From Marsupella aquatica (Eukaryota; Plantae; Marchantiophyta), in assembly GCA_973895155.1 (NCBI GenBank), contig OZ316896.1:11274795-11338794 (forward strand): DNA of 64,000 nt. The letters run 5' to 3'. This document shows, in pieces, positions 11,050-22,750 of this stretch. The first letter of the stretch is position 1. Every line of letters begins with the position of its first letter. The notes under the pieces are model-generated. The model ran no database searches. It saw only the letters and a program-made list of their open reading frames with translations, and was not told where the DNA came from. The position numbers and the translations under genes were made by a program.

Positions 11050-12624
11050 CGCTGAAGCTCTCCTCACTTGCTGTTGCTGCTGCTGCTGCTGCTGCGAAAT
11101 GTCATCCACCAACTTCAGCCAGATTCCCGAGCAACGGACGAGGGCTCTCCCAGAACAGAATAAACTCCAAGATGGGTCACCCTACGTTCAACCTCGAGCT
11201 CTCCTGTCTTCCAACTGCTACGAAAATGTCATCAAACCGAATTCAGCCAGATTTCCTAGCAAAGCTCTCCCAGAAAAATCTCGGGAGATGGGTCACAGAT
11301 TGATCACGGATGGTGAGCGCCTGAGCGGGCGTAACCCCACCACGCATTAACCCTACACGACGGCGAGTAGTCTGCTCATGTGGCACTACTTTCTCTCCAG
11401 ATCTCGGCTCTCCTCCATGATCCTGTCGTCCACTCTATCTGCATTGTTGTTTGCAAGAGTCGCGTTCAATTCTATGGCATAGAAGAATGACAAGTCGGGG
11501 ATGGCAGGAAGGCCACCAACGGAGGGGGGCCACCATATCCGGAATCTGTGATGCGTGTGACACCGCCGTGAGTGAGGGGATTGAGAGAAAGAGAACCACA
11601 CACTTTATGTGAGACATTATTGCTACTATCGAAACTCGTGTGCTATACAACACCTTGCAACAACTAAAAAAGCTCAAGTTGTCCATGGATTACTATTTTG
11701 TGACCACCTCAAAGAAATCAAAGAAAGGACCATAATTTATACAAAAGGAACAAACAAAGTACAAGGAAGTGAAAGCCAAAGAGGACAAACACCAAACACA
11801 TAAAAAAATAGGCGAATGCAACCCCAAAACCAAGAAAAAAAAAGGAAAAAAAAAACTCTGGGTCCTGGAGGGTACCGAACACCAAGAAAGATTTAAATTT
11901 CTTTCGAATAAAGTGTGATGGCTATGATATTTCAGCTGGTCTCTAGAGTTCAATACTCTCCACGACCAAGTGAGCTTAATTTTTAAGGTAGCAAGTTACA
12001 GCGTGCAGCATAGTTGAAGATTTTAGCACAGTAGATGAAGGAAATGTCATATCCAACCCACACCTTATTGAGAAGAAATCTAAATCTTTACATTTTGTTG
12101 GAAAGGAAGTCAAGAAAGGTTTATGACTCCTTTTCCCATGCAAAAAAATGCTAATTTGACATTTTCAGGGTATATGTAACTTTCTCTTTCATGTTTGTAC
12201 TACGGTAGGGTTTGGAGGACTAAGTGCAGTACAGTACGGACAGGTGTCCAAGCCTTGGCCATGGATGCAAATGAGCAGTTTTTTTTTTAAGGGAGGGGGG
12301 CTCAAAAATCTCAATTGCAGCTTGAGAGGAGATGTGGAACGAGAGAAATGAAGGATTTAATTTGCTTGGCTGGCTACACATGGTATTTGAATCCTTTATG
12401 TTCTGATGTGGTTTATTACCAAAGAAGGTATTCATGATGAAAGTACCCACTGCAGCAGCCCAACTTATATATCTGAAGTCAGACTGCCTCGAAAGCATCA
12501 GGTTTAAGTAGGCAAGGTCCTAACAGAGATCAAACCCTGGCCTGTCCCTTGTCTATCTGGATGTCCGCCCTTGTCCATCCTTGTGTCCCTGTGCGTCTGG
12601 GCCTCTCTCCCTCCTGCAAGGTAC

Positions 12625-13321
12625 TTTTCTGGGTGTGCAAGGGCCTTCACAGAGTGTTTTCCCTGATGCTCCACCATTTTGCATGCACTTATTACAGACA
12701 ACACTATTGTCTATCTAGAGCTACGTTTCTGGGTGTGTAAGGGCCTTCACAAAGTGTTTTCCCTGATGCTCCACCATTTTGCGTGGACTTATTACACACA
12801 ACACTATTGTCTATCTAGAGCCCTCACCCGCCATTTTTTCGCCCTCTGTACAGACAGACAGGTAAGGGGAACCATTTGTCAAGAGGCCTCACCCACCCCT
12901 ATTGTCCACGATTTTGCCCTCTACATGGAAAAGATAGAAAACACTAGTGTCTGTCTAAAGCCTCACTTGGCTGGCAAATTAGAGCTGTGTTCCATCAGCC
13001 CTCTCCCTCTGCAAGGTCTACAGACAGCACTATTATCAATCTTGAGCCCATGCCTACCCCTATTATCCACCATTTTGTAGATATAGACAATTAGAGAACA
13101 CTGGTGTCTGTCTAGAGCCTCACTTGGCTTGCAAATTTTTGAGCTGTATACCTCAGCCCTATCCCTCTGCACAGACAGACAGACAGCACTATTATCAGTC
13201 TTGAGCCCATGCCTACCTCTATCCTCCTTATTTCGCCCTCAGCATGAACAGATAGAGAGCACTAGTGTCTGTCTAGAGGCTCACTCAGCTTGCAAAATTA
13301 GAGCTCTGTTCCATCAGCCCT
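12625..13321. repeat. Local tandem repeats (two ~101-bp units, then three ~155-bp units)
   Basis: TTTCTGGGTGT...GTCTATCTAGAGC twice; CACTRGTGTCTGTCTARAG-CTCACT at ~12942, ~13098, ~13260. Confidence 0.75.
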
Positions 13322-13530
13322 CAATGGGGGCAATGGCAATCAAACTCTCACTGTTTTTGGAGCCAATGAGAATCCCAAACTGTTTCATGGTCACCTTGAA
13401 GTCCACTTAGAGGGTGGAAAGCCAGAAGGACCTTCTATCTCATCATCAGGGTTTGAACCACCACTGGCCATCCACCAGGGGGGGAAGTGTCCAAGGTCCT
13501 CTTTTTACACATTTCATTCACTTTTCTCCT

Positions 13531-13689
13531 GCCGGATTTGCTTGAGCAGAGTCCAAAATGAAATGTATTACTTGGTAGGACCCTTGAGTTAACCAGACCA
13601 TTGATTGACCTTGAATCATTGTACCCAAAACATCAGGGGTCCTATCAAGTAATGTCATTAGTTTTGGGGCCTGACCAAGCAAATCCCTC
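13531..13689. mobile_element. Mutator-like MITE, copy 2 (opposite orientation to copy 1)
   Basis: GGATTTGCTTG / CAAGCAAATCC inverted ends; TTTTCTCCT repeated on both flanks (13522-13530, 13691-13699). Confidence 0.7.
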
Positions 13690-14224
13690 ATTTTCTCCTC
13701 TTATTTGTGCCAACTTGTTTCTCCATTCCAGGAAAAAGTCATTTTTAATGGTAGCTAATGGTAACCCCTAAGGTCAGGTGTGGTTTAACACAGGTTAGCA
13801 TTCTGACTCGTACCCCCCGATGTGGCCAGGTGTGGTTTAACACAAGTTAGCATTTTGACTCGTAACCCCGATGAGGCTCACAGTGACCAGAGTTGAGGGC
13901 CAGCCAGACAATTCGGATTTTGGACAGCCTCATCCTCAGTCTACATTCTCGCCCTGCCTGCAAACGAATCCTGGTTCAAAATAATCGAGCTCCGCCCCAT
14001 CCCTGCATCTGAAATTGTTGCTACTCGAGTCCATTGTTGCGAGTCCATCGCAGACGAGGTCGGGGTTCAAGAAATTCGCAACCAGACACGAAAAATTTGG
14101 TTGTCATTCGAATACAGAGGATAGCAAATTGTTGCGGCTCCATCTAAAGCGAGGCTTTCTCGTCGAAGAAAAAGAAATCTTGCCACTCCTGTACGCGAAA
14201 GCTTTTGTGGGAATTCGAACAGGG

Positions 14225-15238
14225 ATGATAGATACCGTGGGAATTCTCAGGGCTCGGCTCACGTCTTCGTTGATCACATCAGCTGCCTACTCGTCCGTGG
14301 GGCACTTCTCGAGATGGGCGACTATCGCTCCCCATCTTCGACCATCGGTGTCCCACGGAAATGGCAAGCAATTCGGCATCTTATCATCGAAGGGAAGGGG
14401 AAATGTGAACAGAGGTCATAGAACAACAACATGTGACTTGGCGACGGGGTGGAGGGCTTGTCGAGGGCTACAGACGGCTGCTGCTCTAGGGTTTGAATTT
14501 AGGGATTCAGTAACCAGATGGGAAGGTGGACGACAGTCCCCGTTCGTTTGCCGGGCTCGCCGGGGATTTCTGTCGGAGCTGCAGAGCCTCAGGGAGGAGA
14601 AGGAGGACGCGGCTGTGGGGAAAGAATCGGTAGAATTTGAATCCCCATTGCAGATTGTTCTGTACCCCGATCCACGGCTGAGAAAGAAGAATAAGAGAGT
14701 GACTGTTTTTGATGAGAAGCTCCAGCAGCTGGTGAAGGAAATGTTTGAAGTAATGTACAACACAGACGGTGTGGGTTTGGCAGCTCCACAAGTGGGAGTG
14801 AATGTGCAGCTCATGTTGTACAATCCAGAGGGGGAGAGAGGACAGGGGCAGGAGTATATTCTGGTAAACCCTAAGATTGTGAAGTATGGTAAACAAACAG
14901 ATGTGTCCACAGAAGGGTGCTTGTCTTTCTTGACACTGGAGGCCGAAGTGGAAAGATCCTTGACGGTGAGAGTGGAAGCTCAGGATATTAGAGGAAAGAA
15001 ATTTGGCCTCACCTTAAAGGGATGGCAGGGCCGAATCTTTCAACACGAGTACGACCATCTTGAGGGTGTTCTCTACCATGATCGGATGAGTCCTGCAGAA
15101 TTGGACAGAATTCGTCCTGGTCTGGTGAAACTGGAAGAAGAGTACGAAAAAGCAACTGGACAGCCTGCGCCAGAGCGAGTCAAACAACTGGATGGGCATG
15201 ATATGCTTAGCACTGACTCATCTCGCGTGAATCTCTGA
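14225..15238 (+). CDS. PDF1B: Peptide deformylase 1B, organellar, intronless
   Basis: GVGLAAPQVG, EGCLS and QHEYDHLEG deformylase motifs; FESPLQIVLYPDP.LR..NKR typical of plant PDF1B; long N-terminal targeting peptide; first ATG at 14225. Confidence 0.92.
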   Translation: MIDTVGILRARLTSSLITSAAYSSVGHFSRWATIAPHLRPSVSHGNGKQFGILSSKGRGNVNRGHRTTTCDLATGWRACRGLQTAAALGFEFRDSVTRWEGGRQSPFVCRARRGFLSELQSLREEKEDAAVGKESVEFESPLQIVLYPDPRLRKKNKRVTVFDEKLQQLVKEMFEVMYNTDGVGLAAPQVGVNVQLMLYNPEGERGQGQEYILVNPKIVKYGKQTDVSTEGCLSFLTLEAEVERSLTVRVEAQDIRGKKFGLTLKGWQGRIFQHEYDHLEGVLYHDRMSPAELDRIRPGLVKLEEEYEKATGQPAPERVKQLDGHDMLSTDSSRVNL

Positions 15239-16699
15239 TGAATACATGGTTTGATGTTTCTAGTACTTGCTGGTGCCAGAGCTCGCAGCTGGTGGTTGTA
15301 TGGGCCTTTAGAAGTACTTGGCTAGGCTCAATTTATTGAGGATGATGGGATCCGCTTCTGATTGCGGTTGGGAACTCAACACTGAGAACAGGAAAATTAG
15401 AGAAGGAATACTTCTGTCCACTACTGTAAGAGAAACAATTGGACCATTCAATCCATAGACTTGCCATTCCCTTCTAATCTGTATACAAGTCAACTCAACA
15501 AGTCAAAATAGGTATGAAGTTGCAAACTACAATTCTTTTTCTGAGAGGCATTTTTTAGTGAGAGAAGTAAGTGGCGTCACAACTGGTTCCACGGTTAAAC
15601 TAAGCAATTTCCTAGCTTTTGATGTTGAAGTCTGTACATTAGTTATTGTCTGGTTTATGGCTAATCATTAGCTTTCCCGTGGACCGTTTGCACCATTTAG
15701 TGTTTGCCCTTGCTTAGAATAGTAAGGGGCCCCATTCACAGACGGTTTCCTGTACTTTATAAATCATTTCTTCATGAATGAAATTCCAAAGAACGTGCGC
15801 CATCTAGGACTGAAACAGGAAGCTTGAAATTCAAGGTACTGGGCCTCTTCTTCCAAGGTTGTTGCAGCTCACAGCAGTCGACGAGCTCCCATCTTGTTTG
15901 AAATCTCGTCATTAAATCCGTTTAGGAAATTGCCGTAATATATTACCTTGCTCAAGGAAGTACGGAGTTTTTGTTGCTACTGAGATTACGTAATTTATTA
16001 TCAATGCTAGTTTGTCGACAATGTTGAAGAAACTATGCGCTGATGGAGAACGTGTTGTAACTACTTCAATCCTGTCCGAAGATATTATATATACACGCCT
16101 GAATGCAAAGAACTTGTTTTCTGATTTGCATATTACTGGCAATTCCTGCCTTGATCAATTCTTGCATGTCTGATAATCTCCTGTGACAGAAGTTCTTCCT
16201 TACATGACTCCGTGTAGTGAAAAGGATCTTATAAGTAATGATTCCTGGAGCTAGTCAGCTCTGAAAATTGACATGAACATGTAAATTGACAGGAACATCT
16301 GGGCAGTCTTTGGTTTATGCACGTGTTCCTCTTCGTCCCTTCCGTGCTTCCTGTGAAACAATGGTCCCACTAACTTCAATTTGTCCTGTTCCTGTCACAG
16401 GGATGATCACATGGCACAGATCATCCCTGTGCGGTGCAAACCAACAGACGTTGTCAGCCGCATCTTGCCAGAAAATGTAGAGTGAACGTCCGTTATCCTT
16501 TGCCATCTCTCAAGTACTGTCAAACAAAGTATATCACTCTCAACACTCATGTGTTCATCTTGTGGTGCTACAAGCTAAGTATTAATCGTCCAAATTCTCC
16601 CCAATGCATCGAACATTTTTGGCAGTGATGTAAGTGAAATAGGATTAGGTGGCCTCCAAGGTTTCCGAATCTAAGGAGTGGATCCATCAGAGTTAGCTC

Positions 16700-16816
16700 A
16701 ATTTGCGTGGGAAACCCTAATCCCCTTCTTCAGTAGGCAATCAAGTTCAGCTTGACTTGAATGAACATTTGCCGATAGGTGACATTCCTCAAGAACTTGG
16801 GGAAATGGCTCAGCTC
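16700..16816 (+). pseudogene. Decayed LRR gene fragment
   Basis: Reads NLRGKP*SPSSVGNQVQLDLNEHLPIGDIPQELGEMAQL, matching the plant extracellular LRR consensus, with a stop. Confidence 0.55.
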
Positions 16817-19584
16817 TTTATTGAATCTAATCAACCTCACTACCATCGTGTAAGACGTTCACTTTCAAACTGTGGTGTTCTACTCCAATTTGCTTGGCTT
16901 GGACTGTAGATCATTATGACTGCGATGTGAAACCTACTTGAACAGAATTTAAGAAGTTTTTTTCGGATACAACTATATCCCAACTATAGCCAGGCTATTT
17001 TTTCCACCAGGTCTAATCTCATTCCTCCTGGAAATCTCACCGCGGCCAAGCAAAGGCAGTTGAAATGTGTTTCTTTGAAAGACTTTCGGAGACCTACTAC
17101 AGTAGCGTCAGACAAGGTCGTGCGTCTTATGGTTACGTTCTTACTGCAGGACGGGTCTTGACTTGGAGTCTGGAGAAGCCACAATGGTGGTGGAGAATTA
17201 CGGACGCTGAGCATTGCATTCGGAAGCGAGCCTCTAAGTTATGATCCACGACAAGAAGTAGCCTCGGCATCGTCAGTTACCATTCAATACAACACTGCTC
17301 ATTGCTCTACACATTGCAGTTAATCCTGTCCCTCGATATCTACTGCAATGGAGAGCACGTTACTGTGTGACAAACTTGTGATTCCACAATTGAAAACAAC
17401 ACTTTCTGAGTCGTTCGTCAGAACTGTTGATCCTGGTATAGTATTTCCCGCATCAATTACAAAGTTCTCATGATCCCTCATGGCTACTTTGAGTACAATC
17501 GACGTCATTGCAACTTCTGTTGGGGGAGCTCGGACGGACACCGACAGGCTGTGAATCAGCAACTTTGTCTACTTCCTGCCTTCCACTTGAGATATCACGA
17601 TCATATACCATTCTTTGCGAAAGTGGCTGTTCCTCGGAGTATCTGTCCTACAGAAGCACTCTCGGTAATTCCATAAAAGTTACAAAATATACGTCGATGA
17701 CAGAATGACATGTTGCTGGGGTGGTACAACATAACTCTCCTGACAGACGACGGAACTCCCCAAGTGAGGAGAGAGCCAACAGGCAAGATTGCTGGAAAGA
17801 GTGTAAAATTGAAGATCGGCAACTCTGGCCCCATAGTGGGCTAGGTGGGTAGCATGATTATGATTGCGAAGCCTGATCCACGATGCGGATGAGTTGTACT
17901 GTCTGATAGGTTGCGAATATGTATGTCGAAGAAGGAAGTACGTTACGATTGATGAATGGTAGCTCAAAGAAAACAGGAGTAAAGGATGCAAGAGAGAAGG
18001 CTGGAGTGTCCATTGTGACAACAACTCTCGTCGCGATAGCAATGGCGACGGCGATGTTTGCTTGACATCAAAATTAAAAGGTTCATTTAGGCCGAAGCTA
18101 CCTTGTCAAAGGACACCTGACAGAACAAATCAATCATGGACACTTTTTGCTTGTAAGCGACTTTGTAAAGTACAACCGAAGCGCTCCATGAACTGGTGTC
18201 GATGGTCGGAGTGACACGGATGTTCAATCGTTAATCCGATTTACTGATACTGCGAGAAATCGGAGTGACTTGGAACTGTGACAAGAGGCTTTCTGTAATT
18301 TCCTTGGGAGTAAATGCTGTAGAAAATCTGTGGGCTGTTGTTGCAGTCAAGTACTTTTAGTAGCAACGTACTCCATGTGATATCTCAGCTTCGATGCTTC
18401 TGAAGGGACGACACTACGATACGTCGACAAGTAACATGCAGTCAATACGTACTCCACTGTACGTTTACAGGACGCCTGACTGTTTTTGTAAACATTCTAG
18501 CCATTCCTGATTATTTCAATCGAAAACCTGCATTCCTTCTTCAAATCCTAGCTTGCATCATGACGTTAGAATTACCCAGAAGCCACGAGTCATGATTTCA
18601 TCTCTGAAAATGTGTTTGGCACAATTTGGTGGAGCATTTTTGTCCGGGATTTCATTGCTTTGGAGATGTAAGACTTCACAGGGTTTCAGAAAATACTTTG
18701 AATTGAGGAATTGCTCTAACGCAGAGGGTAACGATCAGATTAATTAGCTAGCCCATTCCTCCGTAGTCGAAAGAAGTTTAGAGTCAAAATCAAGCAATTG
18801 CGTAGCACTGACAGCCGGTTGAGATTGATGGTCCATCATTCATGTTGAAGCGTAGAAAATTCCCACGTCTCATCGCTGGCTTTCAGTCTGGATAGTCCTC
18901 GTCTTACGTCCTGCATTATCCACTGGCTGATATGGACTCGTCATGAAGGATAGATGGGAAGTATGAACACGAGGGCTGATGTGGATCAGAGCTATCCTGT
19001 CGTCAGAGTACCCCTCCGTTTCAAAATCTCCTCGGTGCAAAGGAAACCTGCACGTTTTGTCACTTACTCCATGGAATGTCACCCTCCATCTAGGTGGCTG
19101 ATTTGGTGACTTGAAGGGCTGATTTGGTGACTTGAAGGCTGTCTACTTTATGGTGCCAGAGTACAATCCCGACTCGATCACCGGGTTTATGCATGAATTC
19201 AGTATCGTACGCCATTTGTGAATCTCTGTAGATGCCGGCCACATGCATCCACCTGCAACGATATGACGAGTCGCTTGAACTCCTGACCCGAATTCATTTA
19301 GAGCTCGCGCTGCAATTATGCGTTCACTTGTGAGCACACCGTCACCAACTGTGGATCTCACTCCATGATCAGAAATTCTCTTTATACATCTTTTGTCATC
19401 AGAACTTCTGAGCATTGGCCCACCATTCCCATATTTGTACATAACCTGCAAAAGGAGTGCTTGTACTTGGAATTGCAGAGCACTGATCATGGATCGACCT
19501 CGAGTTGCTCCTCTTTCCCACATATGACACCGCTTCAGGAGCTTCTTCAAGGTCCTAGGTACCTCCTACATTAGTAGTACTGAC

Positions 19585-19943
19585 TGTTGGAATATCAGAG
19601 TGGAGATGCTCCAAATGAATCTGTCTGTTTCGAGTTGCTACTCTAGCTCTGGTATTTACAACGTGGCTGGTGTTCACTATCCCGGATACTAGCTAGTTTC
19701 TTTGTTGGGGATTCGATCGTGGTATACTTCACGATCGTTCTCACTAGTATTTTTAAGTATCTATGTAGTGAGAATGCTCAGTGAGATTTTTTGAGTAGAA
19801 TATTTTACGACAAAACATCGTTTTTGGTATCTACTACGGTTGAGAATGCTGAGATACAAACGTGAGATTTGTTTGAGGTTTGAGATTTGAGCATCTAGTT
19901 GAGAATGCGTAGTGAGATTTGTTGAGTCCAATACTCTCCAACA
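19585..19943. mobile_element. Probable solo LTR
   Basis: TGTTGGA...TCCAACA inverted ends; 359 bp; internal GAGAATGC/GTGAGATTT repeats; flanking 5-mers (CTGAC/ACAAC) do not match. Confidence 0.45.
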
Positions 19944-20204
19944 ACAACTCTCAGAATTAAGTTCTACGTTTTTGAGTATTTTGCGTGACTTGGAATGTCA
20001 ATCATGCACCCGTTTGCACTACTGTAAACCTGTCAGATGGAGGTCACCCACGGCGTGCAGGAGCTTTCGTGAATATGTTAACATCTTACTGAACATCTGG
20101 GTGTTGCCGTGATGTCCAGATATTTCTAGAACACGGTGTTTGTAGTGTACTTGCCGACTGCTCAAATCATTTAATTTTGAAGCACATAGAAGTGGACTTT
20201 AACT

Positions 20205-22055
20205 ATGGCTGCAACCAGTTCGTCATGGACAGCGTCGGCCTTATTCGTCACATGCATCTGGCTTGCTGCAGCTGCAACGAGCACGGTGAGCGCCCGATCA
20301 GCTCGCCCAGCTCGACCAGCTGCCGAGCACATGCGCCCACAATGCAAAGTAGCAGACAGCAGAGCGCTTCTGCAATTCAAAGCAGACTTCGTCGACTTTG
20401 GAGGTCTTTTCGACACATGGACAAACGGAACCAACTGCTGCATCTGGGTGGGGGTCAAGTGCCATCCCAATGGCCACGTGATTGGCGTGAAGATCGTGAA
20501 CCGCAACCACCCCTCTGAGGCAGGCGCTGTGGCGAAGTTCTTGAAGCACAAGAATGGTACTGCAAAGGGTGCTGCTGCTGCAGTCATGGGCGGATCCCTT
20601 GGCAAGCTCTCTTCTCTGGAGTACTTCATCTCGGACGGAGTCCGCTTCAACGGGCCCATCCCTGCCGCCTGGAGCTCACTCGCAAACCTCACGCGTGTGA
20701 GCTTCTTCTTTCCCAATTTCACCGGTAAGATCCCGGCTGAATTCGGCAGGCTGACCAACCTGGAAGACGTCGACATTGGTGAGGGTGAGCTTGACGGTCC
20801 CGTCTCCACGGTCTTCTGCCAGCTCAGAAAGCTGCGCTCTCTCGCCGTAATAGGGAACAAGTTCACGGGTGAGCTGCCAGAATGTCTCGCGGGTCTTAGA
20901 AGTCTCAGCAAAATCGACTTCCAGGCCAATGATCTCTCGGGGCACATTCCTCCTTGGATCGGGGAGTTCCCTGACTTGAATTCGTTGTCACTGGCACAAA
21001 ACCAACTCACCGGACCGATTCCTTCTTCCATCGGCCGACTTTCTAAGCTGCAGCTTCTGTTCATTTCTGATAACTTCCTATCAGGCGAAATTCCGTCAGA
21101 GATCGGGCAATTAAAGAATCTGACGGATTTGGCTGCTGTGAACAACTCTTTGTCCGGAAGCATTCCACCCTCGCTCGGGAGCTGTGAGATGCTCTCCTTC
21201 ATTGGCCTGAACTACAACAATCTCTCGGGCAGCATTCCCAAGGAGCTGGGCTCTCTCCAGGTGCTCACTCTTCTACACGTCTATAACAACAATCTCCATG
21301 GCCCTCTTCCCGCGGAGCTTGGCAGAATCCCCGCAGAGAACAATTTGGTGATCAACATCGAGAACAATTACCTCTCCGGGCAGCTGCCAGACACTCTATC
21401 AAACGTGGGCGCTTTCTTCGCTGCAAACAACTTGTTCTCAGGTAGATTTCCTCTCTCGCTCGCGGTGAACGCTTACAATGTGGATCTGACCAACAACAGG
21501 ATCAGCAGTGTGAAAAAGGTGGGCCCAGTTCCTGACAACTCTCATCTCAACCAACTTTATCTTTCTTCCAATCGAGTCAAGGGGCAGATTCCCCAGTGGC
21601 TTTCATCGCTCCCCAACCTTGGAACTTTGGACATCTCGGTCAATCTTCTCAAAGGCCCCATCCCCGTCTCGGTACTGACTCTTCCCAGCCTCACCTCGTT
21701 CAACGTCTCATACAACCCTCTGCAGACTGAGCTCCCTCAGGATCTCGAAATCTACACTGCAAACATTGGGAGCTTGGATATGAGCAATGCCCAATTGTTT
21801 GGCAACCTCCCTGCCAGCTTTGCGACGGCTTTTCCCAATCTGTTCTACTTGGACCTCTCCAGCAACGCTCTAAATGGACAGCTGCCTTCCAATTTGGGCC
21901 TCATATCATCTCTCGGCTGGATTGATCTCTCGTCAAACCAGTTTTGGGGACCCGTTCCGAATTTCGTCTACAACTTGACGCAGCTGTATCATCTCGATTT
22001 GTCACACAACAACTTCACAGGGCCGGTTCCAGGGCTGTGGGTTCCAAAGAAGTGA
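20205..22055 (+). CDS. Secreted LRR-only protein (PGIP/RLP-like), intronless
   Basis: Signal peptide; N-cap ALLQFK..W..GTNCCIWVGVKC; many xLxLxxNxLxGxIP repeats; no TM helix or kinase before the stop. Confidence 0.93.
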   Translation: MAATSSSWTASALFVTCIWLAAAATSTVSARSARPARPAAEHMRPQCKVADSRALLQFKADFVDFGGLFDTWTNGTNCCIWVGVKCHPNGHVIGVKIVNRNHPSEAGAVAKFLKHKNGTAKGAAAAVMGGSLGKLSSLEYFISDGVRFNGPIPAAWSSLANLTRVSFFFPNFTGKIPAEFGRLTNLEDVDIGEGELDGPVSTVFCQLRKLRSLAVIGNKFTGELPECLAGLRSLSKIDFQANDLSGHIPPWIGEFPDLNSLSLAQNQLTGPIPSSIGRLSKLQLLFISDNFLSGEIPSEIGQLKNLTDLAAVNNSLSGSIPPSLGSCEMLSFIGLNYNNLSGSIPKELGSLQVLTLLHVYNNNLHGPLPAELGRIPAENNLVINIENNYLSGQLPDTLSNVGAFFAANNLFSGRFPLSLAVNAYNVDLTNNRISSVKKVGPVPDNSHLNQLYLSSNRVKGQIPQWLSSLPNLGTLDISVNLLKGPIPVSVLTLPSLTSFNVSYNPLQTELPQDLEIYTANIGSLDMSNAQLFGNLPASFATAFPNLFYLDLSSNALNGQLPSNLGLISSLGWIDLSSNQFWGPVPNFVYNLTQLYHLDLSHNNFTGPVPGLWVPKK

Positions 22056-22642
22056 TCTGCTCTGGCTCAATTACATGAATGTTGTCTGACCAGGTCATCT
22101 TTCATCGGTTCGAAGTAATGTTATTGAGAAACTCGTTTTCAAAGTAAGTGTTTTGTTTTTAGAGAAGAGATGAATGCACGCCCTGAAACATTTTTAATAC
22201 GTGCGCTGGGACGTGCGTATTCAGTTTGGGAATAATGGGATGCCATGTTTCTGAGTATACTACCATTCATTATAGTCCTGGGTTAAGTATTCCCGACAGG
22301 CTTCATGTTGTGTTCTTAATTCCTGGACTTTTTAGAACTTCTGTCAATTTCCTAAATGGGTGTATGAATCTATAAACTCCCTTCGTAAAATACTGTACGT
22401 GTTTGGTCTTGAAAACGGTCTAGTATAAACTGACCTAAGCCCCGAGTTTGGACGTCACAAAATCACGCTTGAGTGAATCTTTTGGCGATAATTGCCTGGT
22501 CTATCGGTTTGCATATCGACTGCAGCTCTGGAACAATTTTGACGGTTGAATTCCCTGAAAGGCAGTACTGGAGTTAAGGGTTTGGATTTGATCGTATCAG
22601 CTATTCCAGCACTCAGCCTTTATCCCTGCAGAGACGTCAATG

Positions 22643-22750
22643 AAATGCGGTCATACCAAGACCCGTACTCCGGAGCCCGTTAGAAATGCGCAAACAATCA
22701 CCCATGAGCCAAACTTGGACTAGGATAGGTGACCACTGGTGCTTTGCAAG
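22643..22750 (+). pseudogene. Degenerate 5S rRNA-derived sequence
   Basis: ATGCGGTCATACCAAG start, CCGGAGCCCGTTAGAA and box C-like ACTAGGATAGGTGACC are colinear with plant 5S rRNA; many mismatches; single copy; 3' boundary approximate. Confidence 0.7.

Noticed and set aside
10781-11350. Poly-Leu/poly-Cys ORF
   Set aside because: Antisense reading of MPH1 and its trinucleotide microsatellites
14015-14224. N-terminal extension of the PDF ORF
   Set aside because: Starts at TTG; the first ATG is at 14225
20171-21202. 343-aa minus-strand ORF
   Set aside because: Antisense shadow of the LRR gene
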